Positions 1 to 10,900 of a stretch of 64,000 nucleotides of DNA are shown in pieces. The stretch lies in contig CACZDG010000012.1 in the NCBI GenBank assembly GCA_902779865.1, positions 5,073-69,072 of the forward strand, read 5' to 3'. The notes under the pieces were generated by a model. That model was not told where the DNA came from and ran no database searches. It worked only from the letters and a program-made list of their open reading frames with translations. Each line of letters starts with the position of its first letter. Positions within the stretch are counted from its first letter, which is position 1. Origin of the DNA: an uncultured bacterium. GTDB taxonomy: Bacteria; Verrucomicrobiota; Kiritimatiellia; RFP12; UBA1067. The translations under genes and the position numbers were made by a program.

Positions 1-3
1 TCC

Positions 4-2043
4 ATGCAAAAACTTTGCACACGCATGTTCGCCTTCGCGGTTTCCGCGTTGGCGATTACCCAAACGACCTATACGGTGCTGGCTTCTACTTTCAGTGCGG
101 TTTCGCCAAATGGGCGCAACGAGCTGAGACTTGAGGTTGGTGGCGGAGAGATGGCGTACTCCATTTTGCGCAACGGGAAAACGCTCGTCGAGCCGACGGA
201 GATTTCGCTCGTGACGCGCGAGCACGGGTCGATGGACGGACGTGGCGCGAGGCCCAGGGTGACCATCGGGTACGTCGAGGGTGAGGTTGCGACGCCGATC
301 TACAAGAAGGCGTCCGTCGATCTCTCCGCCAACGTGACGCGGGTCGACTTCGGCAAATGGGCGGTCGTGCTCCATGCGCGCAACGACGGCGTCGCCTGGC
401 GGTTCGAGACGAAGTACAAGGGCGAGATCACGATTTTTGCCGAGAACACGCGTGTCGCGTTTCCGAAGGGGACGGAGCTGTGCCGTTCGGTCATGGGGCA
501 CTTTCAGACGGGTTTCGAACAGCCGGCGGAGATCGGCCCCGTTGCAAGCGTGCCACCTGGGCATCCACAGATCGTGATCTTGCCGTTCACGGCGACGGTG
601 CCGGGGGTTGGTGTCTTTTCCATGACGGAGTCGAACCTCCTCGACTATCCCGGACTCAACTTCTACCGCAGGGACGGCGAACCCGACTTCCTCAGGTCGT
701 GGCAGGCAGGCGTTCCGAGCAAGTTTGACGTCAACCGCCGCATGACTAACGTGCATAGACGCCATAATTACCTCGCGAAGACGAAGGGGACGCGCGTGTT
801 CCCGTGGCGCGTGTTCGTGATCGGGGACTGTCCATCTGATCTCGTTGCGTCCGACGTCGTCTATGCGCTCGCCGAGCCGAGCCGCGTGGCCGACGCCTCG
901 TGGGTGAAGCCGGGACAGGTCGCGTGGGACTGGTGGCACGGGTTCAAGATCACGGACGTTCCCGGCCTCAAGACGGGCTGCAACTTCGAGACGTACAAGG
1001 AGTACGTCAACTTCGCGGCGGCGAACGGCATCGCGTATATCATCATGGACGAGGGCTGGGCGGAGAAGCTCGACCTCGACAAGCCGCGCGCCGACGTGAA
1101 TGTGCCGGGCGTGATAGCGTACGCGAAGGAGAAGGGAGTAGATGTGATTCTCTGGGCGGCTTGGGCGCAGTTGATGGACAGAGAGAAGCGTCTGCGGGTG
1201 TTCGACCGCTACGGCGCGATGGGAGCGAAGGGCTTCAAGGTGGATTTCATGAACCGCGACGACCAGCTGCTTGAGAGATTTCTCGAAGAAACGGCGGCGG
1301 ACGCGGCGGAGCGGAAACTCGTCATCATGTACCACGGCATCCACAAGCCGACGGGGCTTTGTCGCACATATCCGAATGTGCTCAACTACGAGGGCGTCTA
1401 TGGCCTTGAGCACGGACACTCCATCGGCGGACGCAAGGTGGTTGTCTCGAACGACGTGAACCTTGTCTATACGCGCATGATTGCGGGTGCGATGGACTAC
1501 ACGCCGGGTGCAATGCGGAACCGTGCGTTTAACGCGCCGACATTCGTGAAGGGCCGTGATCCGAGTGCGTGCTACGGCACGCGTTGCCACCAGCTCGCGC
1601 TCTTCCCGCTCTTCGAGGCGCCGGTACAGATGCTCTGCGACTCGCCGACGCAGTACCGCACCGCGCCGGAATGCACGACGTTCATTACGAAGGTTCCAAC
1701 GGTGTGGGACGAGACGGTTGGCGTTGCGGGCGAGATCGGCAAATATGCCGCGGTCGCACGTCGGAAGGGTGCGAAGTGGTGGCTAGGCGCGATCACGAAC
1801 TGGGACGCGCGGGAGATTGCACTGCCCACGGGTTTCCTAGGCGACGGGGAATGGCAGGTGGAGGCGTTCGAGGATGCGCCGGACGCGGACGTGAACGCGG
1901 AGCATTACGTCCACCGCACGTTCACCGTCAAGGCGGGTGACCCCCTCAAGGTGAAGCTCGCCCCCGGAGGCGGTTTTGCCGCTTCGTTCTCATGCGCAAA
2001 GCCTGAGACATCTGCCAAGTTCAATCGTATCTCATGTAATTAA
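4..2043 (+). CDS. Glycoside hydrolase family 97 (likely retaining alpha-galactosidase/glucosidase type), secreted
   Basis: Signal peptide; GH97 motifs GQVAWDWW, GFKVDFM (Asp nucleophile of the retaining subgroup), NYEGVYGLE, MDYTPG, QMLCDSP. Confidence 0.92.
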   Translation: MQKLCTRMFAFAVSALAITQTTYTVLASTFSAVSPNGRNELRLEVGGGEMAYSILRNGKTLVEPTEISLVTREHGSMDGRGARPRVTIGYVEGEVATPIYKKASVDLSANVTRVDFGKWAVVLHARNDGVAWRFETKYKGEITIFAENTRVAFPKGTELCRSVMGHFQTGFEQPAEIGPVASVPPGHPQIVILPFTATVPGVGVFSMTESNLLDYPGLNFYRRDGEPDFLRSWQAGVPSKFDVNRRMTNVHRRHNYLAKTKGTRVFPWRVFVIGDCPSDLVASDVVYALAEPSRVADASWVKPGQVAWDWWHGFKITDVPGLKTGCNFETYKEYVNFAAANGIAYIIMDEGWAEKLDLDKPRADVNVPGVIAYAKEKGVDVILWAAWAQLMDREKRLRVFDRYGAMGAKGFKVDFMNRDDQLLERFLEETAADAAERKLVIMYHGIHKPTGLCRTYPNVLNYEGVYGLEHGHSIGGRKVVVSNDVNLVYTRMIAGAMDYTPGAMRNRAFNAPTFVKGRDPSACYGTRCHQLALFPLFEAPVQMLCDSPTQYRTAPECTTFITKVPTVWDETVGVAGEIGKYAAVARRKGAKWWLGAITNWDAREIALPTGFLGDGEWQVEAFEDAPDADVNAEHYVHRTFTVKAGDPLKVKLAPGGGFAASFSCAKPETSAKFNRISCN

Positions 2044-2067
2044 GACCGTGCAAATGATTAGGGGGAA

Positions 2068-5000
2068 ATGATGCCAAATACAGCGGCTAGACTTGCAGGA
2101 ATCATAGCGGGTGTCATTGCCATTACCGCCGTGTCGGCGCAGGCGGCGACGTTCAACATGCTCTCGTGCTGCCCAGGCGAGAACAACGCGACTCAGGCAC
2201 GATTCGTCTGGCATTCCGACAGCGACGCCTGCACGCTCTGGTACGCCAAGGCGTCCGCACCGGGTTCCGCCCTGCAGGCGACGTGCGAAAGCGTTTCCAA
2301 GCCGGTCACTTTCAGGTATAGCGACGTCAGCTACTACAAGTACACGGCGGCGCTCTCCTCGCTCGACCCCGGCACGGAGTACATCTACTGGGTCGAGGCG
2401 GGAGGTACGCAGTCGGGCGTCCAGAGGTTCAAGACCGCCGGCACGAGCGGCAGCTACAACTTCCTGTGGATGAGCGACGTCCATTCGCATCCCGACAATC
2501 CGGGCAAGATGGATACGGTGGAGCTACTTCGGCAGGACGCCGAATCGAGGACGGCTTCCTCCGGCGGCATCGACTTCGTTCTCTTCTCCGGCGACGCGGT
2601 GAAGTACGGCTCGCGCTACGACAACTGGCAGCAGTGGAACGGTTCGCCGGCGGTCACGAACTACATGTTCGCCATGATTCCCGGAAACAAGGAATACTAC
2701 CACACCGGCAGCAGCACGTTCTACGACTACTACTGGTATCTCGCCGTGAAGAACAACCCGCCGAACGGACCCGGTACGACGGAGCAGGAGGGCTGTTACT
2801 GGTTCCTGCGCGACAGCGTCCTCTTCGTCGGAATCGACTCGCTGATCCACAAGGGATCGCGCATGGCGCGCTATGGCGACAAGACGAACGTCCTCCGCGA
2901 CCAGACGAACTGGTTTGACCGGGTGGTATCGGAGCAAAAGAGCAAGAAGAGTTTCCGTTATCTCGTCGTCGTCCAGCACGATCCCTGGTTCGTCTATGCG
3001 GCCTCGAAGGATTCGTTCGACAAGTCGCGGGGCAACTACGACACGTGGCGGCACGTGTTCGACAAGCACAAGGTCGATCTCGCGCTCTCCGGCGACGAGC
3101 ACAACTACATCCGCACGAAGCCGCTGCGCGGCGATGCCGCCAACAGCGACGGAACGATCTACATGGTGGCCGGACAGATAGAGGAATCCAACTACAGCGC
3201 CACCATTACGACGAGCATCAGCGACTACGGCAACGCCAACGCGACAAAGTACTTCGACTGCATGGGCGCCACGGATGCCTCTTGCGGCGCGGCATGGATC
3301 GAGGTGCGGCCCGACTCCCTGAAGGTGACGGAGTTCTGGGACAAGTACCAGAGTCCGAACTACAAGAAATACGATTCCGTGACCATCACGCCGAAGGACC
3401 GCGGGTTTGTGTACGATCCCTCCGGCGGGACGACGGGGGGCGACGCCACTCCCCACACGCGCTATCGTTTCGCCGTGGATGCGCCAAGGAGCGACACGTT
3501 TTGCATGCAGCTTTCCGAGATACAGCTTTTGGACGAAAACGGCAGCCGTATTTCTTCTGGATACACTCTTGCCTACGATTCGACGACGAAGGATTCCTAC
3601 GGGGACATATTCGGGTCTGACGAAACCCCGGAATGCGCGGTTGACGGCGATACCTCTACCAAGTGGCTTGACTGGCGCGCGGGACTAAATCAGTCAGCGG
3701 CAACTCGCTCTGTCGTATGGCTGGACTTCTGCTTCGCGAATCCGACGGCCGTGTACGGCTACCGTTGGTACACCGCCAACGATGCGCCCGGCCGCACGCC
3801 TGTCTCCTGGACGTTTTCCGCCTCTGACGACGGTGGCGCAACATGGACTGTTCTCGACAAGGTCGAGGATTACGACACCACGACGGATTACAACGCTCTC
3901 GCATATTCCAAGCGCATCGAGACTCCCCAGCCACCAGCGCCAGGGGGCGTCCACGGCAAGTGGCTCGGCGGAAACGGCGGCAACCGGTTTTCCGTTGCGG
4001 CGAACTGGGACGATGGAGAGGTCCCCGGGGCGGGCGACGCGCTCGACTTCTCGTCCGTGACATCCGCGACGACGATTGTCAAGGCAGACGATTCCGATTT
4101 CACCGTCTCGGCGAAAATTGGTAACCGTGAGGTCGCGACGCTCAGATTCGATACGACCGGGCGCGACGGGCTTGGGCATACGATTTCATTGACGGGTGGC
4201 ATCTACCGCGAGGGTAAGGTTTTTGTCGAGGGTACGGGTACCGTCGCATGCGGATATGTGCAGTCCGACAGCAGCAATCCGTTCACGGTAACGGACACGG
4301 CTACGCTGGCGCTGTTGTCCGGCTCGAAAATCGGTACGGGCGGCGTGACGGTCAACTCCGGGGCGGCGCTTTCGTTGTCCGGCACGGGGACGGCGACGAT
4401 GGGCGGCACGCTGACGCTTCAAGGCGGTTCGCGGATTGTCGTTGGCGCGGCGGGCGCGGGGCGCCCACCCTACCTTACGGCGAAGGGTGTTTCGCTTGCG
4501 GGGAATAGTATCACGGTCGAGATTCCTTCGCAGGCCGTCGGCACGTTCACGGTGCTGACGCGGACGGACGGCTCCTTTTCCGACACCGACCTTGCGAAGC
4601 TCTCGCTTTCCGTCGTATCGCCGGACGCGTCGTGCGTCTCCAGCCTCGTCCTTGCGGACGGCGGCAAGTCCATCGCGGTTTTGACCGTCGCGGCCTGGCC
4701 CGCGAATTGGAACGGAGGTCATGCCGCGAGTACCGCGATGCAGACGGCGTTCACGGCATGGGCGGCGACTCCGGGAAACGACACGACGGCCGCGCGGGCG
4801 GAAGGGGCGTTCCTGCTGGGACTGGACCTTGCGGACTACACCGAGGACATGAAGATCGTGTCGGTGGCGCTTCATGGCAACAAATTCACGATCGACACCA
4901 ATATGGATCTCACGAAGGTTCGTGGACGCCTGTACGTGCTTGTGGCCGATTCACCGGCGGACATCGTGAAATCGGGGACGAAGATCACCGGTACGGTCGC

Positions 5001-5091
5001 CGACATCACCAAGCTGGTCAATATCGATGTATCCGCTCCCGCGAAATTCTTCAAGATCGGCATCGACTATGCGGCTGTCGGTGGCGATTGA
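2068..5091 (+). CDS. Secreted modular metallophosphoesterase (FN3 + purple-acid-phosphatase-like domain + discoidin-like domain + passenger-type repeats + C-terminal domain)
   Basis: Signal peptide; SDVHSH, SGDAVKYG, PGNKE, QHDP, SGDEH motifs; F5/8-like DGDTSTKW...YRWYTAND; Gly/Thr-rich beta-strand repeats. Confidence 0.8.
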   Translation: MMPNTAARLAGIIAGVIAITAVSAQAATFNMLSCCPGENNATQARFVWHSDSDACTLWYAKASAPGSALQATCESVSKPVTFRYSDVSYYKYTAALSSLDPGTEYIYWVEAGGTQSGVQRFKTAGTSGSYNFLWMSDVHSHPDNPGKMDTVELLRQDAESRTASSGGIDFVLFSGDAVKYGSRYDNWQQWNGSPAVTNYMFAMIPGNKEYYHTGSSTFYDYYWYLAVKNNPPNGPGTTEQEGCYWFLRDSVLFVGIDSLIHKGSRMARYGDKTNVLRDQTNWFDRVVSEQKSKKSFRYLVVVQHDPWFVYAASKDSFDKSRGNYDTWRHVFDKHKVDLALSGDEHNYIRTKPLRGDAANSDGTIYMVAGQIEESNYSATITTSISDYGNANATKYFDCMGATDASCGAAWIEVRPDSLKVTEFWDKYQSPNYKKYDSVTITPKDRGFVYDPSGGTTGGDATPHTRYRFAVDAPRSDTFCMQLSEIQLLDENGSRISSGYTLAYDSTTKDSYGDIFGSDETPECAVDGDTSTKWLDWRAGLNQSAATRSVVWLDFCFANPTAVYGYRWYTANDAPGRTPVSWTFSASDDGGATWTVLDKVEDYDTTTDYNALAYSKRIETPQPPAPGGVHGKWLGGNGGNRFSVAANWDDGEVPGAGDALDFSSVTSATTIVKADDSDFTVSAKIGNREVATLRFDTTGRDGLGHTISLTGGIYREGKVFVEGTGTVACGYVQSDSSNPFTVTDTATLALLSGSKIGTGGVTVNSGAALSLSGTGTATMGGTLTLQGGSRIVVGAAGAGRPPYLTAKGVSLAGNSITVEIPSQAVGTFTVLTRTDGSFSDTDLAKLSLSVVSPDASCVSSLVLADGGKSIAVLTVAAWPANWNGGHAASTAMQTAFTAWAATPGNDTTAARAEGAFLLGLDLADYTEDMKIVSVALHGNKFTIDTNMDLTKVRGRLYVLVADSPADIVKSGTKITGTVADITKLVNIDVSAPAKFFKIGIDYAAVGGD

Positions 5092-5342
5092 AAATCCGCT
5101 TTGCGACCGTTATCTGCCTTGCGGCGTACGTCATCGCTTCGTTGCCCGGTATGGAGTGCGAGTTTCGTCCGCGTCCATATACGTGCCGGAATTACTCGCG
5201 AAGTTCCATTCAATCCACGCCTATCACATTCGTCTTGACGGCAGGCTCGCAGTCATGTCCGAGATAAATGTTTTTGGCAAGTTTGAGTTGCGCGAGGGAA
5301 GCAGGATGTTGTTTCCGTCAAATCTAAATCTAAACAGCGGCG

Positions 5343-5371
5343 TTGCGCTTAGGATGGGAATAGTGTATAAT
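5343..5371 (+). promoter_or_regulatory. Sigma70-type promoter, probably leaderless, for the acyltransferase
   Basis: TTGCGC-17 nt-TATAAT ending 7 nt before ATG 5379; no Shine-Dalgarno. Confidence 0.7.
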
Positions 5372-5378
5372 TTAAGCC

Positions 5379-6215
5379 ATGAATTTTTTGGACAGAAAGG
5401 CTTATGACTGGGGCAGCGCGTTTGCGCGGGCCTTGTTCTGGCTTTTCCCGAAGCGCCGCCGCATCGCAGTTGACAACATTCTGAAGGCGAAGATCACAGA
5501 TGATCCAAAGGAGGCGCTGCGCATCGCGCGCACGAGCTGGGGCCATCTCGCGGGGCACGTGTGCGAGGCGCTGCGCGTTCCGCACGTCATCACGCGTGAG
5601 AACTGGCGTGAGCACCTGGAAGTTTCGGAAGGGCACCCGGATGCGGTGAAGCTACTCCTTGATGAGACAGACAAGCCAATCATTCTCGTAAGCGCCCACC
5701 ACGGCGTGTGGGAGGCGGCGACGAATCTGCTGTCGTTCGCGCGCCCCATGATAGCGATCGCTCGCGTGATGAACAACAAGTTCGTCGCCAACTGGATGAA
5801 GAACCACCATTTCCGCGGCCCGGTGACGATCATCGACAAAAATCACGGATTCACTCCAGATATAATGCGCAAGTGGGTGGAGGATCGCGCGGCGATGACG
5901 ATACTTATGGATCAGCATACGTCAAAGGGGCAGCTTCTTACTTTCCTGGGCCGTCCCGCAAAGACGTTCACCTCCGCAGCGCGACTCGCCATACGCACGG
6001 GGTACCCGGTGGTGGTTGGCTCGTTCGTGCGCGTGGCTCCCTACCGTTACCGCCTCGTTGGCGGCAAGCCAATCCGCTTCGAGAAGGACGCAGACCGAGC
6101 GGTGGCGACTCAGCTTCTTAACGATCGCCTTGGCGAGGCGATACGCGCCTACCCCGAACAGTATCTGTGGGCGCACAGGAGATGGCGTGAGAAGGAAGGA
6201 GAAAAAAGCAAGTGA
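5379..6215 (+). CDS. Lipid A/lysophospholipid acyltransferase (LpxL/HtrB family)
   Basis: SAHHGVWE (HX4D/E), MDQH, QYLWAHRRW motifs. Confidence 0.88.
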   Translation: MNFLDRKAYDWGSAFARALFWLFPKRRRIAVDNILKAKITDDPKEALRIARTSWGHLAGHVCEALRVPHVITRENWREHLEVSEGHPDAVKLLLDETDKPIILVSAHHGVWEAATNLLSFARPMIAIARVMNNKFVANWMKNHHFRGPVTIIDKNHGFTPDIMRKWVEDRAAMTILMDQHTSKGQLLTFLGRPAKTFTSAARLAIRTGYPVVVGSFVRVAPYRYRLVGGKPIRFEKDADRAVATQLLNDRLGEAIRAYPEQYLWAHRRWREKEGEKSK

Positions 6216-6235
6216 AAGTATGTGCTTCTTGTGAA

Positions 6236-7873
6236 ATGAAACGGTTGACGGCCAGCGTGTTTGCGGCAGTTATGGTGGCGGCCTTTGGTCAGACCGCCAT
6301 ATTGGCGGCTGCGGACGGGACGCAACAGCCGGGTGTCGCGCCGGTGCGTAAGGTGCTGAACATAGTGAATTTCGTGCGGTCGGCGGATCCGCGTCCGCCG
6401 CGTGCGGATATGATCAACGCGGTGCGCGAGGAGGTCGCCTTGAACCTCAAGTACGGGTTCAAGAACACGATCCTCCTCCAATACGACGCGCTCGTCGATC
6501 CCGAAATGATGGCCGAGGCGCTGAAGAGCGACAAGGCGAAGACCGAATTCGGACTCTGGTTCGAGATGTCGCGTCCGCTCAACGAGGCGGCGGGTCTGCC
6601 GTGGAAGCCCAAGGGCGCGCACAAGAACTGGGATTGGGACTGGCACATCAACCCCGGCTTCCTGATGGCGTACGACCATGCCGGACGCAAGGCCATCATC
6701 GACGCGGCGTTTAAGCGGTTCAAGGCTGATTTCGGGTACTACCCCAAGAGCGTCGGCTCATGGCTCCTCGACGCCTGGTCGATGGACTACATGGAGAAGA
6801 CGTACGGCGTCGACGGCTTCTGCATCTGCCGCGAGCAGGACAACACGGACGCCTACGGCCTGCGCGGCGGCTACTCGAACGGCGCGTACTACCCCTCGAA
6901 GAAGAACATGCTCTCCGCCGCCGTCGACATGAAGAACGCCGTGAAGTCGCCCGTGTTCAAGATGCTCACGCCCGACCCCATCTACAACTACGGCAAGCCG
7001 AGGCAGCTGTACGCCGGCTTCACCAGCATACGCGGCGCCGGCTGCCCCACGATGGAGCCTGTGTGGGTCGGCGGATACGAGCCGGAGATCGTGGACTGGT
7101 ACTTCCGCGTCTATACCGAGCCGAAGGGGCTGATGAACCTTTCCTACATGCAGGCGGGGCAGGAGAACTCGTTTGGCTGGAAAAGCATCTCGCGCGGCTG
7201 GCCGATGCAATGCGCGAAGATCGCGAAGGAAGCGGCGGCGGGGCGCATCGTCGTCGAGAAGATGTGCGAGACGGCGCGCGCGTTCAAGGCCGCGCACAAG
7301 GCGAACTGCCCGCAGACGCAGATCGCGCTCGAGGACTGGTCCGGATGCGGCCGCAAGAGCGTGTGGTACAACAGCCGCTTCTACCGCGCCAACCTCATCC
7401 TGGACGGCAAGCGCCTGGTCTTCCGCGACATCCATAAGATGTGCGACGATTTCGAGGAGCCGTTCCTCGACAAGGTTTGCACCGGTTGGCAGGCGCTCTA
7501 TTTCACGCCACCTGTGGTGGATCAGTGGATGTTCAGGGGCAAGGGCGTCTCCGGCGTCATGTCGTTCGACGGCGAGTTCGCGTCCATCGAGACGGCTGCG
7601 GACGGCGACGCGCTCGTCGTGACGGCGAAGCGCGTGGACGGCAAGGCGGCAACGGTGCGGTTCGAGGAAGGGCGCATTATAGTTTCTGGAGCAGGGGCGC
7701 TTGACGCCGAATACGAGGCAGGGTTCCGCAAGAACATTTCAATCAGGAACGGCGGCATAGACTTTCTATTCCAGGGCTACCGTTACCGCGTGCCCGTACG
7801 CGGCGAGGTGAAAGCCACGGCGAAGGGCCTCAGCATCGCCGGCGACCGGATTGAACTCGACATGTCCAATTGA
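6236..7873 (+). CDS. Secreted hypothetical protein, possibly carbohydrate-active
   Basis: Signal-like N-terminus, host-typical codon bias, aromatic/acidic-rich; ATG 6236 preferred over GTG 6212. Confidence 0.7.
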   Translation: MKRLTASVFAAVMVAAFGQTAILAAADGTQQPGVAPVRKVLNIVNFVRSADPRPPRADMINAVREEVALNLKYGFKNTILLQYDALVDPEMMAEALKSDKAKTEFGLWFEMSRPLNEAAGLPWKPKGAHKNWDWDWHINPGFLMAYDHAGRKAIIDAAFKRFKADFGYYPKSVGSWLLDAWSMDYMEKTYGVDGFCICREQDNTDAYGLRGGYSNGAYYPSKKNMLSAAVDMKNAVKSPVFKMLTPDPIYNYGKPRQLYAGFTSIRGAGCPTMEPVWVGGYEPEIVDWYFRVYTEPKGLMNLSYMQAGQENSFGWKSISRGWPMQCAKIAKEAAAGRIVVEKMCETARAFKAAHKANCPQTQIALEDWSGCGRKSVWYNSRFYRANLILDGKRLVFRDIHKMCDDFEEPFLDKVCTGWQALYFTPPVVDQWMFRGKGVSGVMSFDGEFASIETAADGDALVVTAKRVDGKAATVRFEEGRIIVSGAGALDAEYEAGFRKNISIRNGGIDFLFQGYRYRVPVRGEVKATAKGLSIAGDRIELDMSN

Positions 7874-7923
7874 AATCGGCCATGTCGATTGCGGTATGGT
7901 ATGACGCAAGAAAGGAAAGGTTT

Positions 7924-10900
7924 ATGATAACGAGGAGTTTCCGTACATGCTTTGCAGCCGCCGTGGTGGCGGTGGTTGGCGTCGCGTATGCGGCGATTGA
8001 AATCCGGTCGGACTATCCAGGCGGAAACGTCAAGGTCGATAAGATCGACGAGGCGGCGAACGTCGTTGTGCTGCGGCCCGACCTGCGCGACACAAAGGGT
8101 AACTGGTTCTACTGGGACTTCACTCTTTCCGGTGCGGCGGGGCGGCGTCTCCATTTCCAGTTCCCGAAGAACGGATACGACTACCTTGCCTCTCTCGGCC
8201 CAGCGATCAGCCGGGACGGCGGGAAAACGTGGAGGTGGTTGAATGAGGACGGTAAACGGCATGAACCGAAGAACGCGTTCGACTACACCTTTGCGGCGGA
8301 CGAGACCGAGACGCGCTTCGCAACGTCGATTCCGTATTTGCAGAAGGACTGGGATGCGGCTAGCGTTCGCTGGCGCGGGAAAGACGGCGTGAAGTTCGAC
8401 GTGCTCTGCAAGTCGCAGAGCGGCCGCCGCGACACGGAGCTGCTGCGCATCCCGTGTCGGAAGGGAAAGGCGAAGTGGCTTTTTGCATACACCGCCCGCC
8501 ACCACGCCTGCGAGACGACGGCGAATCCGGTCATGGAGGGAATCATCGACGAAATCCTCTCCGGCTCGCCGGAGGGCGAATGGGTCCGCGACAACGCCGA
8601 CTGCGTGTTCGTGCCGTTCATGGACAAGGACGGCGTGGAGGATGGCGACCAGGGGAAGAACCGGCGTCCGCACGACCACAACCGCGACTACGTTGCGGGC
8701 ATCTATACGTCCGTGCGGGCGTTCAAGGAGCTGCTTGTACGCGAATCGCACGGGAAGAAGATCGTGTTCTTCGACCTTCATTCTCCGCACGTGAGAAGCT
8801 ATCCACGCTGTCCCGAGCAGGACTGCGCGTTCACGTTCGGGTCGTTGAGCCAATGGCACAACGCGCACATCAACGCATTCCGCCGCAACTGGGCTGAGAC
8901 GTCTAAGGGCGGTGCGCTTGCATACGACGGGAAGAACGACATCAAGGCGGGAACGGGCTATTCAGTCAAAATGGAAAAAGACCGCGCGGCCGGGCTGGCG
9001 ACGTCGCGGCAGTGGGTCGAGGCGCAGCCGAACTGCTGGGCGAGCCTCTGCTGCGAGTTCGGCTATTCGCTCTGCAACGGCATCTATTCGCAGGACGGCG
9101 GACGCGAACTTGGCCGCAATCTCCTGAAGGCCGAGGTGAGAACGGTGGCCGTTCCCAAATCCGGCGACATTGTCCTGTTCGACGCGGTGTCCGCCGACGC
9201 GTCGCGAATCTCCGCGCAGGACGGTGCGGTGTTTTCGCTCTCCAACGGGTTGCTGACCGTGAAGACGAATCCTTCCGATTCCTATCCCGGCATCTGCATC
9301 GCCGGCAAATGGGACCTCTCCCGCTACGGTCGCATCGAGGTGGAGTTCGTGAACGGCGGCATCAACGGGAAGTACACGTTGCGGCTCCTCAATCCCGGCG
9401 GCGATCCGGGGAAGCAAAAAGGCAGCATGGTGTACAAGCTTCCGATCAGAAACGAGGCACACGCCGTGCTGGGCACAAACATGAATTCGTCCTATTCGAA
9501 TCTCAACGCAATCGCCGAGCGGCTGAAGCCGCTCCGCGTCTGGGCGCTCCCGTATGCGGCGGGCGTGCCGTACGAGATGTACAAGTCCCGCAAGTCAGCG
9601 CCGCAGTCCGGAATCGGACAGCTTGATCCGAAGGACGTCGTACAGGTGGCGGTGTACATCAACCAGCCGAAGCTGCCGCACACGTGGAGCGTGAAGCGCA
9701 TCGTCGCGAAGAAAGAGGCGAAGCCGCAGGCGACTGGAACCGCGCAGGCGTGGACGAAACTTTCAGAGAAGGAGTTCTTCCCGTTCCTCGACAAGTACGG
9801 GCAGTTCTGCCACAAGGACTGGCCGGACAAGGTCCATTCGGACGCCGACTTCGCCCGCCAGCGCGCGAAGGAGGAGAAGGACCTCGCCGCGCATCCGGGT
9901 CCGAAGGGCTGGGACAAGTGGGGCGGCTGGGCGGACGGTCCGCAGCTGCCGAAGACAGGCGGCTTCTCCACGACGAAGTGGAACGGCAAGTGGTGGATCG
10001 TCGATCCCGACGGACACCTCTGGTGGAGCCACGGCCCGGTGCGCGTACTGCCGTCGAGCGCGATGACGCCGCTCGCGACGCCCGCCGGAGACCGTTCCGG
10101 CTGGTTCGCAGAGCTGCCGAAGCGCGACGATCCCGTATTCGGTATGTTCTACGAGACGCGCGACGAACTGCTCTGGCCCTACTACGGCAAGCGCGGCATC
10201 GACAAGGTGTACGACTTCTCCGCCGCGAACATCCGTCGGAAGTACGGCGAGAAATGGTTCGAGACGTGGGCCGATCTCGCGCACCGTCGTCTGCGGAGCT
10301 GGAGCTGCAACACGATCGCCAACTCGTCCGACAAGCGCATCTGCCTCATGGACCGCACGCCCTACACGGAGCGCTTCGAGATCCACGCGCGTCCGATTGC
10401 CGGACACAAGGGCGGCTGGTGGGAGTTCTGCGATCCGTTCGACCCGTCGTTCCGCGCCGAGGCGCGTCGCATGACGGAGGTGTACAAGGCCGAGATCGAC
10501 GACCCCTGGTGCTTCGGCTTCTTCGTCGACAATGAGCACCACTGGGGCGCGGCGCATTCGTTTGGCGTTTCCACGTTGAAGTCGCCCGCCAACCAGCCGT
10601 GCAAGGCCGTGTTCCGCGACAGGCTCAAGGCGAAGTACGGCACGGTCGCGAAGCTCAACGCCGCATGGGGAATGTCGTACAAGGACTGGGACGATTTCCT
10701 GCGTGTGACGAAGGAGCCGAAGTCGTTCAAGGGCGCGAAGGCCGACCTCGAGGCGTTCTCGTCCGAGATCGCCGAGAACTATTTCCGCATCATCCGCGAG
10801 GAGCTGAAGCGCGCGAACCCCGGCAAGCTGTATCTTGGCTGTCGCTGGGCGGGCAGTGCGCCGGCGTTCACGGTAAAGGCGGCGGCGAAGTATTGCGACG

